Origin: Promethearchaeota archaeon
GTDB lineage: Archaea; Asgardarchaeota; Lokiarchaeia; Sigyniarchaeales; SOKP01
NCBI GenBank assembly: GCA_019058365.1
Contig: JAHPZE010000001.1
Coordinates: 288,001-352,000 of the forward strand
Direction of reading: 5' to 3'
Length of the DNA stretch: 64,000 nt
Shown: piece after piece, positions 41,902 through 51,718 of the stretch
Layout: every line of letters starts with the position of its first letter
How positions within the stretch are numbered: the first letter of the stretch is position 1
Notes under the pieces: model-generated
What the model was told of the DNA's origin: nothing
Seen by the model: the letters and a program-made list of their open reading frames with translations, nothing else
The model's database searches: none
Made by a program: the position numbers and the translations under genes

Positions 41902-42053
41902 TTAAAGAAATCTTAAAGTTTAGAATTACTTAATTATATAGAATTAATTACTTAATTTAGGTTTATGTATAATAAAGCGATATTTTTATATATAAAATCC
42001 TAATAAGATCATGTGTTCTAATAAATCTTGGATACCAGAAGGAATGTATTAAT

Positions 42054-42671
42054 TTAAATATTGTTTGTTTGATTTTTCTTTCTCATCAACCTTGAATAAA
42101 TGCTAATTTGTAATCCATTTATTATTAAAACAGAGAATCCAATAGTATATAAGAAAAAACCCGTAGTATAACCAGAATATCGATAAATCAAAATTGCTAA
42201 ATATCCAGTTAGTTTAAATTTAGGATAAAATAAAAGTATAATACCGGGGATTATAAATATTACCTCTAGTAATTCTAAAAATACAGGAATGTGAATTTTC
42301 TTTTTTATAGAAATTTTAACAAATATAAGAATTAATCCAAGTAAGTAAGCATAATAAATGAATACAAAGAATATGGCTTTAAAGTTAGATGCGTCAATAA
42401 AATAAAGAAATTGAATTTGAAAACCTCCCCCAATAATTCCAAATAAGTGGTAATACCAAGGAATATAAAAAGAGATTATTAAGAGAATAAACCCAATTAC
42501 CTCTGTAATAATAGAAATTAAAGAATGTTTTCCTGTGAGGAATGATTTTAACTTAATTGTAAATTTTATATCTTTTAGGTTGCTTACTGGTTTGATTAAT
42601 GTAACTAAGCCAATAATGTCCAATAGCATCCAAGCTATGAAAAGAAATATTAGATTGAATGTATCATTCAT
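42054..42671 (-). CDS. Hypothetical membrane protein
   Basis: 205 aa, hydrophobic, PWY motif. Confidence 0.6.
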   Translation of the reverse strand: MNDTFNLIFLFIAWMLLDIIGLVTLIKPVSNLKDIKFTIKLKSFLTGKHSLISIITEVIGFILLIISFYIPWYYHLFGIIGGGFQIQFLYFIDASNFKAIFFVFIYYAYLLGLILIFVKISIKKKIHIPVFLELLEVIFIIPGIILLFYPKFKLTGYLAILIYRYSGYTTGFFLYTIGFSVLIINGLQISIYSRLMRKKNQTNNI

Positions 42672-42837
42672 AAAAAAGAAATTGTTTAATTAATATTAAA
42701 AAATCCATATTAAAATTAATCAAATCTAGCTTTTAATAATTTTATAGAATAGTAATGAAATTATTCATTAATCTGTTGTAATATTTAATATATTTTAATA
42801 TAAATGTTTAATGTTAAATGTTGATTATTTAATATAG

Positions 42838-43089
42838 TTATCCTCCCTTTTTTATGGTATAGAGAACTTGTATTGAATCTACGGATAAAACAAGGATAAT
42901 AGTAGAAATTAGAGAAACGAGGATTCCAAATAACCAACTTGATTCTAAAGAATTATGTAAAAATATTCTATAATAATTAAAAAAAAATAGAAATGCAAAA
43001 TAAAAAACTAAAATGCTAATTAAAATCAACTTTTTGTATATTTGTTTATTATAACTTACAAATTTACTTAGAAAATCTTTAAAATTCAT
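42838..43089 (-). CDS. Small 2-TM hypothetical protein
   Basis: 83 aa. Confidence 0.45.
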   Translation of the reverse strand: MNFKDFLSKFVSYNKQIYKKLILISILVFYFAFLFFFNYYRIFLHNSLESSWLFGILVSLISTIILVLSVDSIQVLYTIKKGG

Positions 43090-43160
43090 TTATATCAAAT
43101 CTTTTTTTCTTAATTTCTTTTTAATCACATAACTTAAAAAATACTAATTTGATGTATTAT

Positions 43161-43628
43161 TCATTTATCTATTAAACTTTCATAAAATTCTTCCTTAATA
43201 GTAGATGATTCAATTCTATTCTTATTTTTATAATTATAATAACCACCAACGATTCCCCCAGTTAGTAACCCTATAATAATTGCTTCAATTAAATACAGCT
43301 CAAAAACTATTAGCAACATAAATAAAGAATATCTGAGTATTTCTGAAAAAACGAACCAATCAAATAACGTGAAACTTACTGCAGTTAGAACAGCCCCAAC
43401 TAAACTTACACCTATGCCTTGTATTATAAATGATTCATTTGATTTATTGTTTTTAAGAGCAAAACGTGAACCAATTATACACCCAATCATCATTTGTAGA
43501 TCGCCAAACCAGAAAATGCCAGAAGTAAAAATTATATATGAAATAAATGCAATTAAATCTGTAATTATCATTCCTGCAAGAATATTTTTTTTTCGAGCTT
43601 TTTTAGCTAAATCAGCAATGAAAGGCAT
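43161..43628 (-). CDS. Hypothetical membrane protein
   Basis: 155 aa, 4 TM. Confidence 0.65.
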   Translation of the reverse strand: MPFIADLAKKARKKNILAGMIITDLIAFISYIIFTSGIFWFGDLQMMIGCIIGSRFALKNNKSNESFIIQGIGVSLVGAVLTAVSFTLFDWFVFSEILRYSLFMLLIVFELYLIEAIIIGLLTGGIVGGYYNYKNKNRIESSTIKEEFYESLIDK

Positions 43629-43682
43629 AGAATTACCAAATTTTTTATGTGAATTATTTGTTGTTAATTTTTGTTATTATTC

Positions 43683-44783
43683 TTAATAATGAATTAAATT
43701 TATTTCCGTATTCTTGTCAAATATATGTATCTTCTCAGAAGGGAATGATATATATGCTTTATCACCCATTTTTGCGTCATAAAAACCGGGAGTAGATATC
43801 ATGCCGCTAATTTTATCAGAAAACTCAAATGTTACAATTGTTTCTGCTCCAAGAAATTCTATAACAGTTATCTCAACTTCATAAGATTGACTATGATGAT
43901 CTGGAGTAATAATGATGTGCTCAGGGCGAATTCCTAAAATTACATCACCCATGCCCTTACTTTTAAGTTTTATTAGTAAATCATTGGGTATTGGATATTC
44001 TTGTTTACCAAATTTTATTTTATCGTTACTTAATTTAGCATCCCAAAAATTCATAGTTGGTGATCCAATAAATCCTGCTACGAATTTATTGGTTGGTTTA
44101 TTATAGACTTCGCTGGGAGTACCAATCTGCTGAAAAACACCATCAAATAGGATAGCGATACGATCTGCCATAGACATTGCTTCTACTTGATCATGCGTGA
44201 CATAAACCTGAGTTATTTGTAGTTTTCGGTGTAATTTAATTATTTCACCTCTTGTTTGAATACGTAATTTTGCATCTAAATTACTCAATGGTTCATCAAA
44301 AAGAAAAACGGTTGGATTACGTACGATTGACCTACCCAGAGCAACTCGCTGACGTTGTCCTCCACTTAATTCTTTAGGTTTTCTATCCAATAATGTTGAT
44401 ATTTCTAGTAGGTGAGCAGCAGCCTCTACTCTTTTTTTTATCTCTTTTTTATTCATTTTTGACAATTTTAAAGCAAAACCCATATTTTCCCGAACATTCA
44501 TGTGAGGATATAATGCATAACTTTGGAAAACCATAGCTATCTTTCTTTCTTTCGGTGGAACATATGTAACATCTACATCGTCAAATAATACTCGTCCATC
44601 AGTTACATACTCTAATCCAGCTATAATATTTAAGCATGTGGATTTTCCACAACCTGAAGGCCCAACAAGTACGATAAATTCTTTATCTTTAATTTCAAGA
44701 TCAATATCCTTTAAAACATGGACATCGGGATTAAAAATTTTATTGACTTTCTCTAATTTTATTCTTACCATATTAATTATCAC
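43683..44783 (-). CDS. malK: Sugar ABC transporter ATPase
   Basis: GPSGCGKST, VFQSYALYPHM, LSGGQRQR, DEPLSNLD, TOBE tail. Confidence 0.95.
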   Translation of the reverse strand: MIINMVRIKLEKVNKIFNPDVHVLKDIDLEIKDKEFIVLVGPSGCGKSTCLNIIAGLEYVTDGRVLFDDVDVTYVPPKERKIAMVFQSYALYPHMNVRENMGFALKLSKMNKKEIKKRVEAAAHLLEISTLLDRKPKELSGGQRQRVALGRSIVRNPTVFLFDEPLSNLDAKLRIQTRGEIIKLHRKLQITQVYVTHDQVEAMSMADRIAILFDGVFQQIGTPSEVYNKPTNKFVAGFIGSPTMNFWDAKLSNDKIKFGKQEYPIPNDLLIKLKSKGMGDVILGIRPEHIIITPDHHSQSYEVEITVIEFLGAETIVTFEFSDKISGMISTPGFYDAKMGDKAYISFPSEKIHIFDKNTEINLIHY

Positions 44784-44789
44784 CTATCT

Positions 44790-46892
44790 TTAACCTTTTA
44801 CAGCACCTCTAGTCAACCCACTGATAATCTTCTTTTGAAAAATTAATACAACAATTATTAATGGAATAGTAGCTACTGAGGTTGCTGCCATTAGAGCAAT
44901 ATCTGTATTCCAAGGGCGGGTTATACTACCAGGATTTCGAACGAATTGCAATATGGCAAGAGGTATAGTATGATTACTTTCTGATGATTGGAGAAATACT
45001 TGAGCAAATAATAATTCATTCCAACAAGCAATAAAAACTAAAATAGCACAGGTAAAAATTCCAGGAATAGTTAATGGAAGAATAATTTTCCTGAAAATCT
45101 GAAAATTAGTTGCACCATCAACCTTTGCTGCTTTCCATAAGTCTTCTGGGATCTCCTTGAAGAATGCAATTAATATAAAAATTGCTAATGGTAAATTGAT
45201 TGCCGTATATGGAAGTATTAACCCATATAGTGTGTTTCGAATATCAAGCGGTGGGATTATACGTGAAATTGCAATTATCCATTGATAAAATGGTATAATG
45301 ATTATTAATGCAGGTAGACTATTCATAGAAAAAATAAATCCATTAAGCCCTCTTTTAAAGGGAAAGTTGAATTTAGCTATAGCATAGGCGATTAATGAGC
45401 CAACAATCAATATTAAGATTACTGTAGATCCAGCAAGGATTACACTATTTAAGAGAGCATGTGCAAAGTAACCTTGCTGTTCAAAAATAATTTGATACGC
45501 TCGCAAAGAAAAATATTTTGGGATCCACTCAAATTGAGTTTGTGTAATACCAGGAGCTCTAGTTGGATCTCTAAATGATTTTAAAAATATCCATAAAAAA
45601 GGTCCTGCACAGAAAAAAATCATGATTATGACAAGGAGAATAAATACAACCTTTTTTAAACGTCTTATATTAATATACCATTTAATTTTTGTTGTAGAAA
45701 TCGGTTTTAATTTTACTGATTCACCAATTAAATCTGTTAAATCTTGATCTAAACCAATTTTCTTTGGTAATGGTATTTTTTCTTTTGAATATTCCAATGG
45801 AATCTCTTTTTTTACCTGATCCTTTTTTTTAGAATTATTCCTTTTTAATCTAAGTTTTTTAAAAACATTTTTCAAAAATGGTGTCGAACTTGTACGTTTT
45901 TCTCTTTTTGTAAATAACAAAATAAAAAATGCAAAAATTATTATAAATAATAAGATCATGATAGAAACTGCAGAAGATAATCCATAATCAGTATTAGACC
46001 AGAAAAGGAATGATTGAACAGTCATTGAACGCACACTTTGATCATTAAAGACAACTACGGCATCGTAAACTCTAAGAGATTGCATCATTCGAAAAATTAA
46101 AGCAATACCTACCCCTGGCTTAATTAACGGCCATGTTATGTACCTAAATTTCTGCCATCCACTTGCTCCGGCTATATCTCCTGCTTTATATAGATCTTCA
46201 GGTACAATTTGTAGACTAGCTAGAATTAATAATGTTATAAATGGTGTTGTTTTCCATACATCAATCATAATTACTGAAAACATTGTCATTGTTATTTGTA
46301 CTTCGGAGATAAAAGGAGGAAAAGAGACCAAAACGGGTATGTTAAATAAAACAGGGGCAAGACCAGTACCATAAAAGTATACTGGGGTACCTCCAAATAA
46401 TTGAATTATACTATTAATTAAACCAAATTCTTGAACGCTATTTAAAATTTCAAACCTAAAAAGTGTCGCTGAGGCAACTGTAGGAATCGCCCAAGGAATT
46501 AGAAGAGTTGCTCTAGCAATACCCCTTCCTTTAAAATTTTTATTTAAAATCATAGCGAACACTAACCCTAATAAAAATTCTATAACAAGTGATACGATTG
46601 AAAAAAATAATGTCTGGTAAGTATATGTCCAAAAACTACGTGCATATACATTATTATATCCTATAAGCTGATAGTAATTAATTATTGTAAACCTTTTTCC
46701 AAAAGGATTACTTAAATTAAAATCAACTCTAAAACTAAGGAATATTCCTATAACTATAGGAATTAAAATAATAAGAGCAAATATTATCAATCCAGGAGTT
46801 AAGAGTGAAATAATAAATTTAGTATCTTTAGGTGGTTTTTTTTTTTCTAAATCTATTAAAATTTCAAATTTTTGAGTTGTAATTGTTTCCAT
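44790..46892 (-). CDS. Fused MalF-MalG carbohydrate ABC permease
   Basis: Two EAA loops (DLYKAGDIAGAS; DLWKAAKVDGAT) joined by a basic linker; ends GLTRGAVKG. Confidence 0.9.
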   Translation of the reverse strand: METITTQKFEILIDLEKKKPPKDTKFIISLLTPGLIIFALIILIPIVIGIFLSFRVDFNLSNPFGKRFTIINYYQLIGYNNVYARSFWTYTYQTLFFSIVSLVIEFLLGLVFAMILNKNFKGRGIARATLLIPWAIPTVASATLFRFEILNSVQEFGLINSIIQLFGGTPVYFYGTGLAPVLFNIPVLVSFPPFISEVQITMTMFSVIMIDVWKTTPFITLLILASLQIVPEDLYKAGDIAGASGWQKFRYITWPLIKPGVGIALIFRMMQSLRVYDAVVVFNDQSVRSMTVQSFLFWSNTDYGLSSAVSIMILLFIIIFAFFILLFTKREKRTSSTPFLKNVFKKLRLKRNNSKKKDQVKKEIPLEYSKEKIPLPKKIGLDQDLTDLIGESVKLKPISTTKIKWYINIRRLKKVVFILLVIIMIFFCAGPFLWIFLKSFRDPTRAPGITQTQFEWIPKYFSLRAYQIIFEQQGYFAHALLNSVILAGSTVILILIVGSLIAYAIAKFNFPFKRGLNGFIFSMNSLPALIIIIPFYQWIIAISRIIPPLDIRNTLYGLILPYTAINLPLAIFILIAFFKEIPEDLWKAAKVDGATNFQIFRKIILPLTIPGIFTCAILVFIACWNELLFAQVFLQSSESNHTIPLAILQFVRNPGSITRPWNTDIALMAATSVATIPLIIVVLIFQKKIISGLTRGAVKG

Positions 46893-46962
46893 TTTCCATT
46901 CTCCATCTCAATAATTCAAATAATTCTAAAAATAAAAAAAAAGAAGTTAGACCTTTAAAAAT

Positions 46963-48435
46963 TTAGTGTAATTTTTTTCGCATAATAATAACAGTCCCTG
47001 CAGCAAAAGCAACGGCTAATAGAACAACAGCAATACTATATCCAGGAATAGGTGGTTGAGATGGTCCAGAGATTATTTCTTGTACATCTCGCTGCATTTC
47101 CGTTAAAGCAGTATCAACACTCTTTACACCACTTGTTAAATCACTGAAATAATCTGCAATTGTACTAGAAATCAGAGGATAATCAGGATGTACCGGTCTG
47201 GATAATGTTAATGCTGCTTGTGCTGACCAATTTTGAATCCATTCAAAACCAGTAGGGGGATTTGCATATACAGATAGCAAAGCTGGAAAGTTTCCTTCCG
47301 GTTGGAGAGTTGAGGGGTCAATGGCTGTTAATTCAGCCTCTTGTGCATCTTTCATGCCTAAAAATTTAGTAAAATTAATTGCAGCTTCTCTAGCAACACC
47401 AACTGTAGCTGTAGGAACTGCCATAATAGCACCACCTATTGCTGATGTTTTATATCCTGTAGCTCCTGCAAAATGGGGTAATGGTGCAATACCAAAGTCC
47501 ATATTATTACCTTCTGACAAAGAATAAATATAAGGCCATTGTCGTAAAAATATTGAATTATTAGCTAACCAGATATTTCCTGAAGATGCTTCGTCCGTCT
47601 TAAGAGCATAACGTGGAATAATATAATCTGACCCTTGAACTCCACCATATATAGGAGCAACTAATGATGCAAGAAAAGTCATTGCTTTATTTACAGCTGC
47701 AGTATCAATATTAACTTCCCCAGTGCTTGTAACCACATCTAAAGCACCATTGCTTCCACACCATTCAAAAAAATTGACTACTCCACCTTCATAAGCATCA
47801 AGTTGACCAACATATCCCACTAAATCCGGATTATCAAGTGTACCCGATACATTATTAAGGATATAATTAGCTGTAGCGTTAAGTTCTTCCCATGTATCAA
47901 AATCTGCTTCCGTAAACCCATTAAGATCCATCAGATCTTTTCTATAGTACAATACACCTAAATTCATAAAATAAGGATATGCATAATAACTACCTTTATA
48001 TTGACAGGAAGCAACAATACCAGAACCAAAAGCACTTAAACCACTAACATTTATATCATCATCAAGCTTAATTATCCATCCATTGTCTGCAAATGGAGCT
48101 GTCCAAACTGTATCTATTGCAATAACATCAGATGTTAAAGTTCCACCCTGCAAGTCAGTCTGTAACGTTGTTAATTGGAGATCAGCTGTTGATCCGGAAG
48201 ATTTAACAACTACGGAATCTACTCCATAACCTAAATCAGACGCTAAGAAAGCAGCTGTGACAGCTTCAACTCCAGGTTTTTGTTGGTCTCCTAACATGGT
48301 TACTGTCAAGGTTACTCCTGCCGATGGTTTTGGTGCTGGAGATGCACTAACTGGCAAGAGAAATACTGGTATTGAAAGGACCATTAAAAATGCGAATAAG
48401 CCAACTAAGGCTGTTTTATTAATCTTTTTTAACAC
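46963..48435 (-). CDS. Trehalose/maltose ABC substrate-binding protein with C-terminal IPGY sorting tail
   Basis: Signal peptide; LYYRKDL, YEG, RQWPY, RPVHPDY; IPGY-TM-RKK tail. Confidence 0.88.
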   Translation of the reverse strand: MLKKINKTALVGLFAFLMVLSIPVFLLPVSASPAPKPSAGVTLTVTMLGDQQKPGVEAVTAAFLASDLGYGVDSVVVKSSGSTADLQLTTLQTDLQGGTLTSDVIAIDTVWTAPFADNGWIIKLDDDINVSGLSAFGSGIVASCQYKGSYYAYPYFMNLGVLYYRKDLMDLNGFTEADFDTWEELNATANYILNNVSGTLDNPDLVGYVGQLDAYEGGVVNFFEWCGSNGALDVVTSTGEVNIDTAAVNKAMTFLASLVAPIYGGVQGSDYIIPRYALKTDEASSGNIWLANNSIFLRQWPYIYSLSEGNNMDFGIAPLPHFAGATGYKTSAIGGAIMAVPTATVGVAREAAINFTKFLGMKDAQEAELTAIDPSTLQPEGNFPALLSVYANPPTGFEWIQNWSAQAALTLSRPVHPDYPLISSTIADYFSDLTSGVKSVDTALTEMQRDVQEIISGPSQPPIPGYSIAVVLLAVAFAAGTVIIMRKKLH

Positions 48436-48598
48436 AATATACGCCTTTTTTTTTTAATTTTTTTTATATAATATTTTAGTCCTAATTTTTTCCTTTTGGG
48501 AAAAAATTAAAAGAAATTATTACATATTAGCTTATAAATATTATGTTTATAATAAGAAAGAATAATATTTGAATATAGATTGAAAGAAGATTATACAT

Positions 48599-49819
48599 AT
48601 GAAAGTTACTTCTGAATCACTATTAGTTCGTTATTCTACACTATTAGGAAAGACAGAAATAAAAAGGCTCCAAGATAAAGCAAAAAATTATGCTGAGAAG
48701 GATATTCTCAATATAAATGCTACAAAATTTGGTGGAGGAGTTGCTGAAATTCTGCAAAATATGATTCCCTTAATGCAAGAATTAAAAATTAATGCTCAAT
48801 GGAAAGTTTTTACTGCTCCTGATAGTTTTTTTGAAATCTCAAAGAAAATGCATAATGCCTTACAAGGTAATATGGAAATACAATTTAGTGATAATGAAAT
48901 TTCCATATACACTTCACAAGCTAAATCTATATATGAACAAATCCAACCCAAAGGAGATTTTATAATAATTCATGATCCTCAACCATGTCCAATTATAAAT
49001 TTTAAGGAGAAAAAAGAAGGGAAATGGATTTGGCGGTGCCATATTGATACATCAAATCCGAATCCTCAAGCATGGAATTTAATAGCAGAATATCTACCTA
49101 AATATGATGCTCTTGTCTTCACAAAAGAAGAATATGCAAAAAAGGGGATTAAAAATCTCATATATCCTATAACTCCTTCTATTGATCCATTTTCTGAGAA
49201 AAACAAAGAATTAGATCTTAAATCTGCTAGAGAAATCGTTAAAAAATTTATCCCTTTAGATAAACCATTGATCACTCAAGTTTCTAGATTTGACCCTTGG
49301 AAAGATCCATTAGGAGTAATTGATGCTTATAGAATTGTTAAAGCAAAAATTCCTATAAGATTAGCATTAATTGGCAGTTTAGCTCATGATGATCCTGAGG
49401 GGCAAGAATGGCTAGAAAAAGTTAAAAACTATGCAAATGATGATCCGGATATTCATATCTTATCGAATTTAGATGGAGTAGCGGATTTAGAAGTAAATGC
49501 ATTTCAACGTATATCTAATGTAGTTTTACAGAAATCGATAAGAGAGGGATTTGGAATGACAGTAACAGAGGCACTTTGGAAAGAAACACCTGTTATAGGA
49601 GGAAATGTGGGAGGTATAAAACTACAAATTGAGAATGGAATTAATGGCTTTTTAGTAAATTCTATAGAGGAAACGGCTGAGAGAGTGATATATCTTTTAA
49701 ATAATCCTAAAATCTTAAAAGAAATGGGAAAAAAAGGGCATGAGAAAGTAAAAAGAGAGTTCCTTTTAACAAAACATGTTGAAAATTATTTAGATTTATT
49801 TTCAGTCTTATTGAAATGA
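48599..49819 (+). CDS. treT: Trehalose synthase (glycosyltransferring), GT4
   Basis: GGGVAEIL, HDPQP, WRCHID, SRFDPWKD, REGFGMTVTEALWK. Confidence 0.92.
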   Translation: MKVTSESLLVRYSTLLGKTEIKRLQDKAKNYAEKDILNINATKFGGGVAEILQNMIPLMQELKINAQWKVFTAPDSFFEISKKMHNALQGNMEIQFSDNEISIYTSQAKSIYEQIQPKGDFIIIHDPQPCPIINFKEKKEGKWIWRCHIDTSNPNPQAWNLIAEYLPKYDALVFTKEEYAKKGIKNLIYPITPSIDPFSEKNKELDLKSAREIVKKFIPLDKPLITQVSRFDPWKDPLGVIDAYRIVKAKIPIRLALIGSLAHDDPEGQEWLEKVKNYANDDPDIHILSNLDGVADLEVNAFQRISNVVLQKSIREGFGMTVTEALWKETPVIGGNVGGIKLQIENGINGFLVNSIEETAERVIYLLNNPKILKEMGKKGHEKVKREFLLTKHVENYLDLFSVLLK

Positions 49820-49836
49820 AATAAACCAGGGGAAAC

Positions 49837-49893
49837 GAGAAAAATATGGAATTTAATCCTTAAAATCAAAATAGGTTTATATTCATTTTTCTC
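49837..49893. terminator. Hairpin between convergent treT and DsrE-family genes
   Basis: GAGAAAAAT/ATTTTTCTC plus an imperfect 12-bp inner stem. Confidence 0.4.
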
Positions 49894-49947
49894 ATGAAGA
49901 CCTTTTAAATAAATCTAAATTTTATAAATCTAAAAATAATACTGGTT

Positions 49948-50313
49948 TCAAAACCATTCGGTCGCATCTGCTTCTAATACCAAATCATTTAAGGTTGCAG
50001 CTCCAACAATTTTAACTCCTGGTATTAAATCCACTTTTTCCCAACCTAGCATTCGTTTAGATGCTTCACAAACTAAAATTTCAATACCCATGCTAAGAGT
50101 TTTATCAATCATTTCCTTTACACTTGGAAAACCACCCAACTTAATTTTTTCAGCTTCTCCGGTTTTTAAAATTCTTAATCCTGTGCCCAAATAGTATACT
50201 ATAGCTTTAATGTTCATGGCTTTTGCTGTTTGAGCTAACACTAATGGAGAATATTGACGTTCTGGGTCATGTGAGGTTTGTACATATAAAATTGTTTTTT
50301 CTTTTTCAGTTAT
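49948..50313 (-). CDS. DsrE/DsrF family protein (probable ATA start at 50313)
   Basis: ILYVQTSHDPERQYSPLVLAQTAKAM..YYLGTG, ILVCEAS, VGAAT; GAGGTGAG RBS. Confidence 0.85.
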   Translation of the reverse strand: MTEKEKTILYVQTSHDPERQYSPLVLAQTAKAMNIKAIVYYLGTGLRILKTGEAEKIKLGGFPSVKEMIDKTLSMGIEILVCEASKRMLGWEKVDLIPGVKIVGAATLNDLVLEADATEWF

Positions 50314-50557
50314 AATTACTCACCTCTGAGTTTTTAAAAGATTTTATTTTATAAGAAATTTATTTTTTTCTAATAATGCTATAGTCAATTGCTAAACGAA
50401 ATTAATAAATCTCCCTTTTATAATTCAGAAAAAAAGTTAAAATTTTACGAAATAATTATAATATTATTGAACCTAATAAATATTCCTATTTAACTTCGAA
50501 ATTTCTTATAATATAACAACTGTTGGATGAGCAGTCTATAAAATCTTACCTATTATA

Positions 50558-51619
50558 CTATGCTTCTGGAATTAAAATATTAAATTTGCTTCCTTGAGAA
50601 AAATCTCCGGATATTTTGTCTTCAACCCAGATTTTTCCATTATATTTTGCTATTATTTTATTAACAATTGATAAACCAAAACCCATTCCTTTAGAATATT
50701 TATCTTTATTTAATTTTCTCTTAAATATAATTTCTTTCCTTTCATCGGGTATTCCAATACCATTATCAATAATTTCAATTTTTATATAATTTATTCCATT
50801 ACTAATCTTCCTTGAAATATTTACATTAATTTCCACATTAGGATTATCATTATATTTTACACTATTAATTATTATATTCTCAAACATATCTAATAAGAGC
50901 TCATTCGCTATTACCCATATCTTTTTATCTGGAGTATCTATTGAGATTGATAATTCTCTATCAAGTATACTTCTTTGAAGAAATGTAATTGCCTCTTCAA
51001 GAATTCTATTTACATCTACATTTTCTAAATACATTTCAGAATCCTCTAAATTCGCAAGCTGTTGTGCATTTGAAACTAGCCTCATGCCTCTAAAACCTTG
51101 ATCTCTTATTATATCTATTAACATATCCAAGTCCTTCGCATTTTTACCATTTTTTCTATATAATGAGTAGAGTTCTGTTGCTGATTTAATATGCTGAATT
51201 ATATTGTTAATATCATGAGTCAGAAGGTCTCTATAAAAGATTAAATCCTCGTATGCTTTATTTAGTTCTTCAGTCTTGGAGATTTCTTCGCTTAAAAAGC
51301 TTATTATAATACCTATAATTATAAGAAATAATGCACGGAGGAGGTTATCTATGTTATATAAAGTTAATATATCCATTCCAAATAAAAAAGGAAAGAAAAT
51401 CAGTGAAATTGCTAGAAATATAGGAACAATTAAACCTTTTTTTTTCCACCAAAGACATGCTAGAATTGTTGGAATATAAAAGAAATGTGAAAAAACTACA
51501 TTAGTATTATGAATTACCTGAAACAAATAATTTAGGAGAGACGAAATAATTAAGAAAAAAGTTAGAATAACCAATTTTAATTTATTTAAATATTTTTCAA
51601 ACTGTGTTTTTATAATCAT
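50558..51619 (-). CDS. Membrane sensor histidine kinase (DUF4118-like TM region)
   Basis: HFFYIPTILACLWW TM bundle; HDINN; N-box; DNGIG; GMGFGL. Confidence 0.9.
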   Translation of the reverse strand: MIIKTQFEKYLNKLKLVILTFFLIISSLLNYLFQVIHNTNVVFSHFFYIPTILACLWWKKKGLIVPIFLAISLIFFPFLFGMDILTLYNIDNLLRALFLIIIGIIISFLSEEISKTEELNKAYEDLIFYRDLLTHDINNIIQHIKSATELYSLYRKNGKNAKDLDMLIDIIRDQGFRGMRLVSNAQQLANLEDSEMYLENVDVNRILEEAITFLQRSILDRELSISIDTPDKKIWVIANELLLDMFENIIINSVKYNDNPNVEINVNISRKISNGINYIKIEIIDNGIGIPDERKEIIFKRKLNKDKYSKGMGFGLSIVNKIIAKYNGKIWVEDKISGDFSQGSKFNILIPEA

Positions 51620-51718
51620 CTCAATAAACCATTATTTTTTTAAGACTATTTACATATAACCTTCTTTCTATATCACTTTGCGTACTTGTTTATTTATCTA
51701 ATTTTATTAATCTCATTT

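Noticed and set aside
49837-49950. DsrE gene ending in TGA followed by an ATGA-containing hairpin, as possible C-terminal Sec plus SECIS
   Set aside because: The TGA falls at the normal family end, and the hairpin lacks the 9-11-9 geometry, loop consensus and side element. It is more likely a terminator.
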